DNA of 64,000 nucleotides from Lepidodermella squamata (Eukaryota; Animalia; Gastrotricha): the NCBI GenBank assembly GCA_047495785.1, contig JBLDXI010000017.1, positions 2,046,001-2,110,000 on the forward strand, in the 5' to 3' direction. Below the pieces are notes generated by a model that saw only the letters and a program-made list of their open reading frames with translations, had not been told where the DNA came from and ran no database searches. Both the position numbers and the translations under genes were made by a program. Of this stretch, positions 10,699 through 22,870 are shown one piece after another. The stretch's first letter is position 1, and every line of letters begins with the position of its first letter.

Positions 10699-13600
10699 AT
10701 GCCGTCTATTATTCGATTTGAACCATTTTCCGGGGCGAGAGATGAAGGGCCCCTGTGTTACATGCTGCAGGTGGATGAATTCAAGTTCCTGCTTGATTGC
10801 GGCTGGGATGAATCGTTTTCAATGTCCTATCTCGATAATCTGAAGCCCTACATTCAGGATATTGATGCTGTACTGCTGTCGTACCCGGATATGTACCATT
10901 TAGGCGCGCTGCCGTATTTGGTGGGAAAATGCGGCTTGGACTGTCCGATTTTCGCTACGATTCCCGTGCATAAAATGGGTCAAATGTTCATGTACGACTT
11001 GTATCAGGTTAGATTCTTATTTTATTTTATCTAACTAATTATTCGTGGTAAAAAACGAGAGTTCCAGTTGTTGAATCTTTTCGTTATTTATGGGAATTAA
11101 ATCGCTACTTCATTGAAATTATTTATTTGGGATAATAAATTGGAGTTCTTCCTACTGATGGACTGTCATTTCTAAAATCAATTGCGTGACGAATCAGTTA
11201 TCTGTCTCAGACTTCTGATGGCTTCCAAGAGGCTCGTTAATTGTTCCAAGTCACCGCTTTTCTTGGTACCTTGCGGGCAGGAAGCTTCATCGCTATTGTC
11301 TGGACAGTCTTTCCAGCCGTCACAAATGTCTCTTTGGCGTAAGCATCGACCAGTTGTAGCACATGTCATCGCGGGGCATGTCATTTTTGCGTTTATGTCG
11401 GCTTCGCATAATGGGCGGGGATAACTCGCTTGATCAGACACGTCGTTCAAGGTTGTCCCGTCGGTCTAAAAAAGACTCGAAAATGTTATTTACTGCGAAA
11501 AAAACGAACATTTGAAATGTGTCCCGAATTCCATTGACGAAGCTCGAAAATGTAAATGACCATCCAAAATGACTCACTAATTGCAACAGTTTAGCCGAGC
11601 AGGTAAATTTTCGAAAATAAGTTGAAAATATAACAACTCGAAATTTATAGGAAAATTACACCTTGAAATCAAATTTCAGAATTTTCCGAGGTGATGTGTA
11701 GCTTCGAAAACGTGGTTTTGTCCAAAATTACCTCAAATTACATAAATGAGTGAAATATCTTACGCTGTACGAGACATAATTTTCTTTTCCGTTGCCGTCG
11801 CTAGGCTCACCCGGGTACCAAACGGATTGAGGTAACGTGAGTTGTGTTCCGTCTCGCCACTTGAAAATAGAGCGATTATTTGGATCTCGTCTTAGGCCGA
11901 TCCAATAATCTGCCAACCGAGACCTCATGCTCTGGATGTAAATAGTTGCCGCATTCAGTTCATCAGCAGTTTTAAACGTGGCTAGCTTGAAGGCCGGGCC
12001 AAGTTTTTCGGTACAAGGGTCGACTGTTTCGCCGATCCTGTTTTGACTGCCGTGAAATACTAGCAGCCTACGGCCTTGAAACACGCACTGTTGGCCAGTT
12101 TCATCCGACCAATCATGGCAATCATTCACCCCATCGCACATATCATAATATTTCACGATACGCCCGTTTTCGCAATGAAACTTATCCCCGTCTCGCCGCG
12201 CAGGTACTCGGACCGTCGTTGTAGTTGTTGGTCTAGTGGTGGTAGTAGTGGTAGTGGTGGTGGTTGTTGTTGTTGTAGGTCTTGTTGGCTCCTCGCACGA
12301 TTGCAGCCTTCCATAAGGCAGCAAGAAGTTGCGGCAATATCGATCCAATGCCAACCTCAGACCGTATTGCCTTTGCTCAATGTAATGGTCGTACGGAAAG
12401 TTTCTGGCTGTCAGAAGTCGGACAATTGGTTGCAGGTAAACGCTAACCGGAACCGGGTTGTCGAATGCGAGTTGCGACCACGTGACTGGGTTCAGGTCTG
12501 GGGGAGGCCTTGAACCGATCGAATAAATTCTTCGGGATCTAGCCACCTGAATGTTGTTCGTTTCTGTCAATGTGTGACTACCATCTCTAGTCGAGTTGTT
12601 GGAATAAGTTCCGCCCAAAATGCTACCACCTCCATTGTGCATACCATTATCACTCGATTCGACGATGCCTCCAACGTTTTTTCGGATAGCGAGGCTGTCG
12701 CCGAATAAGGCACCCATCGCCACTGTTGTTGTTACATGGGTGCCGTAATCGGCGATAAAATCGCCATACTGGCTCTCATTTCCGTAGATCGAATTGATCG
12801 GTAGTCGCGACACCGCTCTGCGGAAAGCTGGCGTCAGCTCTGCATCGTTGAAGTCGAGCCGAGCTGTATAAACTGTGATCGAGCTGACCGTTTCACTGAT
12901 TTGACTGTGTTCTAAATTCATGACTTCCTTCACCCGGTTATAATCACTGCTGCCGACAAATGCTAGAGTGTGGCTCTCGCTATTCGTGCCGCCGTTTGAC
13001 AAGTGGCCGCTACCGTGGATGTATTTACTTCTCAGGGATTCGACGTAATCTTTAGCGTTTGACACGATTTCAACATTGGTTTGAATGCTGACTGCATCGC
13101 CGAGTTGAACGTGCACATATTCAGGCATTTGATACCGCTCGTCTTCTGTCAAATCGCCGCAGTAGCGATTCAAGTCAAAGACGGGCAGTTTCATGAGGAA
13201 ACCCGGGTCCATGGACGCTGAGGTGGGGCGAGGATTCGCGAATACAATGTCGTAGCCCGATCCGAGACGGCCGATGTTAGGCATCCTGGGTTTAACGCCT
13301 CGCAGCGCGGCTGTTGCAGCTGCACATTGCTTATCGATGGCCGCTTTTTGCGCCTGTAATCGCTCGAAATAGCTGATAGTCGTCTGCGGAGGGGCTGTGA
13401 TTGGAAGCTCTCTCAAGGTCGGTGGTGGTGGTGTAAAAGTGGTTACTGGATATCGAATTGTTGTTACAGGTTGATTCGGTACACTGTTGCTCACTGTCAA
13501 CAGAGAAAAAAAAGACCCGAAAAAATCCATTTGTTATTATTGCTAGTCCCCCGTTTTAGCGATCATCTATATCATTTTATAACGCATGGTACAGAAAATC

Positions 13601-16600
13601 TGTTTTTTTTGTTTAAAATGATAATCATATGATGTTATTGCGTTATTTCAGCTGACCCGTTTGAGATTTGCTTTTATTATTCACGGCAAAAAATATCTAA
13701 TTAATATTTCAACAACGTTTAGATCTCGGTTGGTACTTTTAATTTATGCGAATTTAATTCAAGGGCCGAGTATTACCGTCGATTCAACTGAGGTTGGAAA
13801 AAAAATTCGAATATAGAATATAAAGTTACTCCCTTTGCCAAAAAAATGCTTGGTACCGTGGTTGTTACCTTGGCCGGAAAAGTCGTCGCAGATTTTACAT
13901 CAAGCATTGATTTCCCCCTAGTTCTAAGACGCTAACGTTCATTGGCACCTATGCTGCAGCCTCAATTTTTAGAATTTGAAAAGCGATCTACCTTTAACAT
14001 CGATTGACATATCGATCGATTCAAGACATAGAAAACTCTCAGAGTGACTTCCAAGGGTGACCGGGGCGACCTAGGCAAAGCTCAATTCTGTTAATATTTC
14101 GGCTTCCGCAGTGTTTTTCCTTCTTTGCTTTGTGATTAAGCCAGACCTTATGGTTTTTCAAGTCTAATTTCATTCTAATTGAAAATCCATCTCAATTAAT
14201 TTTCGAAAGACTCACACTCGTGAGCGAAACGACCTCCAGCGGATGATATATCTGGGCGTTTTTAGCCAAGACTAGCATAGAAATGTCGCAAGCTCACCCG
14301 ATCAAGATTTTTATGAATTTCGTTACCAAGCCGACCGACCGTAGCGTTATGTCTACGTCGGCGAAATTAAAACATGACCGAATACTTAGTTACCCCACTT
14401 CGTCAAGATCTTTTAACTCGATAGAGTAGATTGATCCCATCGGTTTTCGACCGGGGTTTGACGTGTTGATAATTAAAATTGGTTTTGGTATAAAATTCAA
14501 ATTAGTATAATATAAAATTAGTATGTAAGTTCAACAGCTACCAGCTAGCTTCAGTTGAAAAATAACGTTTTTCTGGCCAAGTTACCCCGCGCCACGGTGT
14601 TAACTAATAATTCTGTTGTGTAAAATGAAAGTAAATTTTTTGATTGGGTTGTCACATTATAGACGAAAATGTTCCTTACAGGCCAAACCTTATTTCTCCG
14701 AAATGTTTCAACAACGGATCTTTTGCAACACGTTTATCTCCGAAACGTTTTTAACCATTAATCGTAAAATCAAAAGCCTCACTGTACAAACTGGGAACTC
14801 TATAAAATTTAATTGCAGCCGGGGGCCACGGCTGGCAAACCAAGCTTTGGCTAACTTGAAGGCGCTCGGTTTTTCTGTTTTTCTATTTAGCTGCTTCTTT
14901 CGGCGTGTATTTCAGTTCCTTTAGTTGGATTAATTCAGTCCGATCAGACGATGACTTGCTAAGGATCCCTTCTTGGTTTTTTTTCAACTAAGCTCAGTCG
15001 TCATTGTGCTAGGGTGTATTTCATCTGCTCACTGAAAAAGGATTGAGAATTATTTTGCGATTTTTATTTTTGAAAATAACGCGAAACATAGCCTTACAAA
15101 AGACGTTGAGTTTGTTTTAAAAGAGAATTGTTTGTTCAAGGGAGATTAGACAGTCGCACAGCGCTCCCAGGCGTTGTTGACGTCGTTACAAACCCTGTGG
15201 ATCTTCATTATCACTTTCTTTCGCAACTTGAGCCAGCAGAGGGGCTTCGGCAATGATTTATAGCATTACTTTTTACTTTCGTGTATCAGGCCGAAATTGT
15301 GGAGAACACACATAGCTTTTACAAATCCAACATTTCGCCTGATCGAAATCGAAAGGCTAAACGATATAGCCGGCGCCATTTTTGTTTCACGAGGCCGAAA
15401 GCTTGCTCAATGACGATTCGAGCAGCGGAGTGTAGTTAATTGAAATCCAACTGATTCGGGGGATGTTGTCGTAATGTCGAAATGGCGAAAAACACCAGCG
15501 GGTATTTGGATACGCATACTGAAATTATCGCCTAATTTCTGCAATCAAAGTTTCAACAGTAGCCTTGGAAAATCTGAAAAATCGGCGGTATTGCTGATTC
15601 GTCTTGAGGGGAACTTCTACTTCAAAACAATGATCACTTTTGATTACTTTTTGCTCTTGATCTCGAGAACGGGGCAGAAAACGCACGGCAAGCGCAGCTG
15701 TCTCCAGTAACTCGTCGAAAAAATCATCGTCATCGTCGATAAGTAGTTGCAGTAAAGCACTGTTCCGGGGTCAGAGCTTCCATTTTTCACTCAAAAGTAG
15801 AATTAAAAGATAGGAAATTAAGTGGAAAATATCAAATCATCTTAAAAAGCCGAAATGAGCACGTCTTTGCATTTTATTGCCATCGAAAATTTCCGTCATT
15901 CACCTTAACAATTAATATCATCACTCATTTTTCAATTCCGAACATTTTCGCTAAGAATGAAATGTTTTCCTTGTGCTGCTGCTTCCGATCTTCTCGTGTC
16001 ATTAGGCTTCCCTTCGATTTCGTATCAGAGTGAACTTTCCTGGAATGTGCGCTGCCTTTTTTCGGCGTCGGATTTCGGCCAATTTTTGCTGAAACTCGCT
16101 CCACCAAGGCCAATGCATCGTTTTCGTCGCTTTCGCCTCGAAGGTGACGGAGGAGTTGGAGCTACCAGGTAATCGCGTCATCCAATCGCCGATCGGCAAA
16201 AATGGCGTCCCATATCGACGTGAATCGATCAGTTTTTCTCGCCATGCCACTCTTTTTGTTGTTGTCTTGCGCTTCCTTATTCCCCTTCATTTCGGTCGGT
16301 AAATTATTGAATCCTTCCTTCAATCGCCTAGCACATCGATTCCAAAGAATAGATCGCTGTACAGTGCGAGAATTCACCATTTCTTCTACATTATCCGCAT
16401 GTACCACAGAATCTAGGCGAGCTGAACATCGGCGTTGATTAAGGTCGAATCAGAATATTTCGCAGTTTTCGCAAGTGAGGACGCCGATGGTTTTTCCGGA
16501 ATGACATGGAATATAAAGCAAATTCGAATTATTAAGCAATGCCGCTTAAAACCGCAATGATCAGTGTAAAAGATAGACATTTGGGTTAAAACACCTCTCG

Positions 16601-19600
16601 TAATTGAAACCTGAACTGCAGTGATTTCTTTCTTTCTTTCGCTGAAAAAATATTCGGCACGATTTCCGGTTGCAGATCCGGAAATGGCGGCAAGCCACCG
16701 TCATCGATTGACCCATCGTTTCTTCAGCCGTAGGAAACGCGAAGCTCGAACGCGGAAAAAACTGAGGCAAATTGCTGGTTATTACAGAAGCTGCCGCCGA
16801 GGTTGCGGGTGCCACAAACATCGAAGTTAACGGCGGCAATGGATACAGTCCAGTCCAAGGGGCGAAACAAGGCAGATGCAAGGCCTAGGGTACCTTCTCC
16901 CGAAGGAGGTAGGGTGTTCATTAGACTCGGGACCTACACAGGAAAAGGAGTTGAGATGTCGGATGCTTTTCTCGCAAAGTCAGTTACCGAAAATGGCGAT
17001 GGAAATGATTCATCATCCGACCGTTTCAGCGAAAAAATTTCGATATTTCAACAATCAATTTTTCGCATTTCACTTCTACTTATGGTAACGCCGGCAAGCT
17101 TCAGGAGGCGTGGGTGCCATCATCTGGTGTCAACTAGCGTAAACAAGTCTTTTTCATTTATATTTCATTTTACACGCTCGAAAAAATTGAAAATGAAATG
17201 AAATTTCACAATTGGCAATGATTTTTTGGTGAGCAGATGAAAGAGAGCCATAACTCAAAAAGTGAGCCAATGTGAGCTCGGTTATACTATGAAAATTGAT
17301 AAATAAATTGTGGGAAAATAGTTCTATGGAATACGACCGCCGTTTGATCTTGCATCTAGTGTACGGTTGTACGGTTGGCAGGTGATTTCTCCTTGACGAT
17401 AGTGCTCTTTTGCTCCCAACCTGACTGACACAGAGTACCCTGCGTGTAGGTCAAACAATCAGAAGCTTGACCTATTCATAATCACCGCGTATTTCTGCCT
17501 CGCGTGCCTCGCATCACATTTTTACGGCATTTTTTATCTTATTCGAATCGACGGAAGCAACCCAGATTTGACGTCGCCAGGAGGAATCCGAAACTTTTTC
17601 GAAGCAACTGTTGAACCTTGTGTTTAAACTGGTAGCATTCTTTGTATAACCGATCAGATGTTTCAGATGTAATGGCGAGAGGAACCGAATCTAAGGCCTA
17701 ATAATAATCAGTTTCGACGTCATCAGTTTCGAGAGAAATGCAGTCAGCGCATGAACGGTTCTATCCGTCCGTTCGGCCTTTACCTGAGTACTTGAAGAAG
17801 TCTTCGTAAACGTCCGCATTAGGACTCGCCCTAAGCTCATCATTCGCGATCGTGAGATATAGCTATTTTGTTGCGTTAAAATTCATTGCAAATTAAACGT
17901 TAGGATATACTTTTATTGGCAATTTCGGTATATTATTCTGCTTCGTGTTATTCTTTTATAATTTTTATTCATTTGTTAATTTGATCTGTCTTTTTCGACC
18001 CATTTATGAAGGCACACGTCACGGTGGAAGATTTCGATCTCTTCGATTTGAACGATGTCGACGCGGCTTTCGAAAAGATGACCCTAGTCAAATACTCTCA
18101 GACGATCAATCTGACCGGAAAGGGCCGCGGGCTGCAAATCGTTGCGTTGTACGCGGGTCACATGGTCGGCGGTACTGTCTGGAAAATTGTCAAAGAGGGC
18201 GAGGAGGAAATTGTCTATATGGTTGATATTAATCACAAGAAAGATCGTCACCTCAACGGATGTCACTTTGAGTCCATTGTGCGGCCACACATTTTGATAA
18301 CGGACTGTTATAACGCAAATTACATTCAGCCGAGACGTAAACAGCGCGATGAATTACTGATGAGTAAGTTTTATATCAGCGTGGCAATCAGTGCAAATTC
18401 TAATATAGACACTTCGGTTTTTTTTCATATTAGCTGAGATTCACCACACGTTGCGTGGGGGTGGAAATGTCCTGATCGCGACGGACACAGCTGGCAGAGT
18501 GCTGGAACTCGCGCAAATGATGGATCACGTCTGGCATCAGCCCGAATCAGGTCTCCTCGCCTACTCCCTCGTCATGCTGAGCAATTTATCGTACAACGTG
18601 GTTGAATTTGCGAAATCTATGGTTGAATGGATGTCTGACCAAACACTGCGAGGCTTTGAAGGTCAACGCGTCAACCCGTTCGCATTCCGCCACGTCATTC
18701 TATGCCACACTATGGCTGAGTTCAAAAAAATTCCAGATCCCAAGGTTTGTGTTTTATTGCTTTTCCAAAGCTTTTAAGAGATCCAAGATCAAGCACAAAA
18801 TAAGTATATATTTCAAGAGTTGATAAAAATGTCATCAGACGCATCTTTTTCGTCGTCTGCTGGCATGGAAACGATGGTTTTGCGTGAAAACTCCGAATGA
18901 CGGCCCTGGGACAGGTAGCTAGGGGAAGAAGCCCGTCGTAGCACGCCTTTCACCGAACTCATTCGTCTAAGCGAGACGTTGATAACTTGGCGTACATCGC
19001 GGTTGAAAAAGCTGTATAACAGCGGGTTAATGCAGGCCTGAGCCATGGTCAACAGTTTCAAACTGTGAATGAGTATAGGATTACTTAGAAAATCCGGCGG
19101 CCCTTCTTTGAATAAACCGCTGGTTTTAATATTGACGATTAACGCTACGATTTGATATGGGGTCCAGCAGATTGCGAATGTAATTAAAACAGCTACTAGG
19201 AGGGCGGTTGTTTTGCCGACATACCGCCTTCCGCGAGCCAGATTCGGCGTTTTACCGGCTATATGGGTGATCACTCGGGAGTGAATGATGAAAGTCAAAA
19301 TCAGCGGTAGCACGAATGAAAAGGCGAAGACGGAACTTGAATAAATCACGAAGAGTATTGGCGAGCTCCAGCTTTGAATGCAATACGAACCAACAATGTA
19401 TTCTGATTAAAATAAAAAAAAATTAAATATTAAGGTGGAATTTTTTAAATTACCTCGCACATTTTGCACGTGTTTTTCGTCGAGTTTAAATATAGGCAGA
19501 TAAATTTTTGCGTGATGCAAACCGCCGTGTATAACTGCGGGTATTGATAACAAGCCGTGAGCGATGACTATGGCGAGCACAATTCCGATGGTTTTCAGTA

Positions 19601-22600
19601 CCAATTTGCCAGCCTCTCCGGAATTGTCGTGAGTTATAGTCATCCTCCGAATAGATGCTCGCATGTTAGTTACGCGGTGGTAGCGAATGCTTGCGATTAT
19701 TGTCATTAGGGTACAGGAAACACCGACTAGAGCCATGATGACCGGGTCGCGAAATTTGCACATAATTTCACCAAACTGCCATTCGCTTTCTTTCAACGTG
19801 GACGTGATTATCATTCCGATATTTAAGGAGGCCATTAATATGTCGTCGACTGCTAGAACAGCGACTAAAATTGTGATTAAATCGCGAGTTTTGCCGTCAT
19901 TTATCATATTAGGCTTGAAGCCACGCTTCGTTTTGAGCAGACCTGTAATAAAACGGCGAAAAAATAAATCTAACCATATAGTAGAAGATGTGAAATCTTA
20001 CTTGCAATGACAAAAATATTGCCAATAATTGCGATTAGAACTTCGATAGCTGCAATCACAACCAGCGCGATTTTAATGTCACGCGATATCATTGCTGTTT
20101 CATCAATCAGCGATTCGATGTCTCGAGTAGTTTGCTGGGGCGCGAAATCCGTCACGCTTGGTCGCGTTACCATATGCGACAAGGTGATGGCAGCTGTTCG
20201 CATTTGCTTTCGGCGACTTAACAGACTTTTTGTGGTCTTCAACTGCTTCGTCGCGTTTAGAGCCCATTGGGCTGTCGTCGTCATAATCATCGCATATTTT
20301 ATGCAAAAAATCTAGAATTTCTGGAATCATAAATTTGCTTGTAATGAAGTGTGTTCTAATTTTTTTGCGTTGATTAGGTTGTGCTAGCAAGCATGCCAGA
20401 TCTCGAGAGTGGGTTCTCTCGGACCCTTTTCACAAATTGGGTGAGCGATTCGCGAAATACGATAATTTTAACTACGAGGACGACGCCCAACACGCTAGCC
20501 AGGCGGCTTATCGACGACAATCAATCGCTGGAACGAATGTCGCTCGAAATAAAGCGACGCGTGCGACTTGAAGGCGAAGAGCTGGAAGAATTCATGCGTA
20601 GGCAACGCGAGAAGCAGCTCGAAGAAGAAAATACGAAAAAGTGAGTGAGACATCGTAAATTTGATAATTAAAATGTGTTTTACTTTATATTAGGGAGGAG
20701 GAGTCTGGATCTGAAGAGGAGAGCGATGATGAATTAGGTGCGAATGCGTTGGCTGTGCCTGGCGCGACCACGCCCGGCGCCCCTGGCCCGCAGGCGGGAT
20801 CGATGGTTTTCGATCGCATGAACTCTGTGCCAACGGGTGACAGCAAGTTTGGCGCGAAGGGTCACAGTAAATTGATGAAACACCTTCAGCGATACGCCCA
20901 CCCAACCTATCCTCTCGTTGAGAAAAAGCTGAAATGGGACGACTACGGCGAAATTATCAAGTGAGTTTTTGTGCAACTTTCTAATGAGACACATCAAAGG
21001 AAATCCGACCCTTTTTCGTGAAATTAAGTAGCTCAGGCGAAATCAGTACCCAATTTAGAGCAAAGCAAGAGCAAGCCCCGTCCTAGATTCGGCTTTTTTT
21101 TAGGTTTTTGCTGTTTTGCCTGCCAGGTAAATTTTTAGGGAAAAATCGGCAAAAACAGAATTATAGACAAGTTCTTGGGCTATCGAAACTGGGAAACAGA
21201 TTGGCGCAGCAATGCAAATCTCACTGGTTTCGAGCAATAAAACTGCTGCAGTGACCGAATTTCGGCCGACCGGCCGAATGTAGGGCGGGAAGCTCTATTT
21301 GATTGAAAATAATGAAAGTGTCGGTTATCCTGTGCCCAAATATCAAAACCTCTATAATTTGTAAAGCAAAATTCAGGTTTTTATGTGGAATTTTACCGTA
21401 TTACCCAAATTGAGCGAAATGTTCTTGATGGATAGCCTCATATTAAATCAGAGGCAGGCATTCGAGTAAATTGAAAATAAAGAAGAGCCCCGAAGTCAAT
21501 GTCCGAAATAGGACAGCCTCAAATAAGGGTGTAACTTTTTTCATCAGACATGTGTCTTCTTTTATCGCAGACAAATGTCTTATTCATTCGGCAAACTAGA
21601 ATGTGATTGGATACATCCGCCAATAAATTCTACTCCAAGCCAAGTTTCACTGAATTTTATAATCAAGCTAAGTACATTTTTAGGTTCCTCAGCTTGGCGA
21701 TTGGGCAGAGATGATCGAAAAAGTTGATAACTAAGTCTCATAACTAATAAGGTGGATGTACCTCCCATTATTTCATGGACGAAATCCTGACGGGGAATCT
21801 AGTTAGCTTAGCACTAAAATTCCATCCTTAGGTCAAATCAGCTCCTTAATTTTCAGACCCGAATTTCCAGACTAATAGACGAAATATAGAATCCAATATT
21901 TTTCAGTAATTTATAAAAAATGTAAATTTCTCTATCTAGCCCGGCCGACTTCATGTTGGGTGATACCCTGCTGCCCCGCCAATACGATACGACAGCCTCG
22001 GGTGAAGTTGTCCCGTCCGAAGATATGGACCGGACGATATCTCCGAATCCTCACGGTGGGGGCGGTTATGGCGACGGAGATGCGATGGACCAATACCCGG
22101 CTATTCAACCGCCTCCGCCGGCTGTCGACCCCGAAATCTCACTGGCATCACTGCCGACGAAACCAGTCGTAACAACGCAGGTTTACGACGTTCGAGCCAA
22201 CATCCTATTCATCGATTTCGAGGGGCGAAGTGACGGCGAGTCGATCAAAAAAATCATCCAGCAAATCAAGCCAACCAAATTAGTCCTAGTGCACGGCGAT
22301 GAAGAGTCGACCCGGCTAATGAACGACTACTGCCAATCGACAATGGCGCCTAGGACCAGTGTAATAGCCCCGCGTTGCTACGAACGCCTCGATTTGTCAT
22401 CCGATCGCCACATGTACCAAGTGCGGTTGACGGATCAACTCGCGAGCGGCCTGCGGTTCTTCAAAGCTGGCGATTTCGAAGTGGCCTGGGTCGACGGTAT
22501 CATTAACGCCGGCCGGAGCGATCAACAGGTCGCTGTTCCCGGCGTCGAGTCAGTCCCTGGTAGCAGATCGGCGCCAATGGATGCGAATATGACAACTTTG

Positions 22601-22870
22601 CATGAATTGACGCCGTTGCTCGACGTGCTGCCGCAAGATGAAGTGCCGTATCATGACAGCCTGTTTGTATCGGAGCCGCGCCTCTCCGACCTCAAGCAGG
22701 TGCTGCAACGCGAAAATATCAAGGCGGAATTTACGGGCGGTATTCTGGTTTGCGAGGAGAAAATCGCAATAAAGCGCACTGAAGCCGGACGTTTTCAACT
22801 CGAGGGCCCAATTTGCGAGGCCTACTTTCGCGTGCGTGACGTTCTTTACCAGCAATTTGCCATTTTGTAA
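10699..22870 (+). CDS. CPSF2: cleavage and polyadenylation specificity factor subunit 2 (CPSF100); exons 10699-11007, 18012-18363, 18434-18744, 20378-20640, 20694-20960, 21940-22870
   Basis: [92 protein letters not shown] and [15 protein letters not shown] all match CPSF2. All five introns are GT-AG and join in frame. AATAAA at 22891. Confidence 0.96.
11178..13493 (-). CDS. MACPF + Thr-rich linker + LDLa + C-type lectin + LDLa protein nested antisense in CPSF2 intron 1; exons 11764-13493 and 11178-11465, 5' exons unresolved
   Basis: MACPF motifs [41 protein letters not shown] and LRLALDRYC. Poly-Thr at ~12217-12280. LDLa [23 protein letters not shown] with YWIGL, WYPGEPS and LND. Second LDLa [20 protein letters not shown] intron 11466-11763 (phase 0). 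Acceptor at 13494-13496. Minus-strand AATAAA at 11122-11127. Confidence 0.88.
15019..17242. mobile_element. putative non-autonomous DNA transposon derivative with 14-bp inverted repeats, carrying a frameshifted trihelix/Myb-SANT-like ORF (minus, ~16000-16410)
   Basis: TTTCATCTGCTCAC (15019-15032) and its reverse complement GTGAGCAGATGAAA (17229-17242). Internal minus frames [28 protein letters not shown] and [12 protein letters not shown] resemble the three Trp helices of trihelix/MADF domains, split over two frames. Confidence 0.4.
18813..20290 (-). CDS. divergent class A (peptide-receptor-like) GPCR nested antisense in CPSF2 intron 3; exons 20002-20290, 19454-19942, 18813-19402
   Basis: TM1 IIGNIFV, TM2 LAVDDIL, ECL1 [11 protein letters not shown]3 end SIRY (DRY variant), ECL2 YC, TM6 [10 protein letters not shown]7 CINPLLY. 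Two short GT-AG introns join in frame. Minus-strand AATAAA at 18753-18758. Confidence 0.9.

Noticed and set aside
13494-13530. ORF-track start [12 protein letters not shown] for the MACPF gene
   Set aside because: It is a polypyrimidine tract ending in CAG, i.e. a splice acceptor read through in frame.
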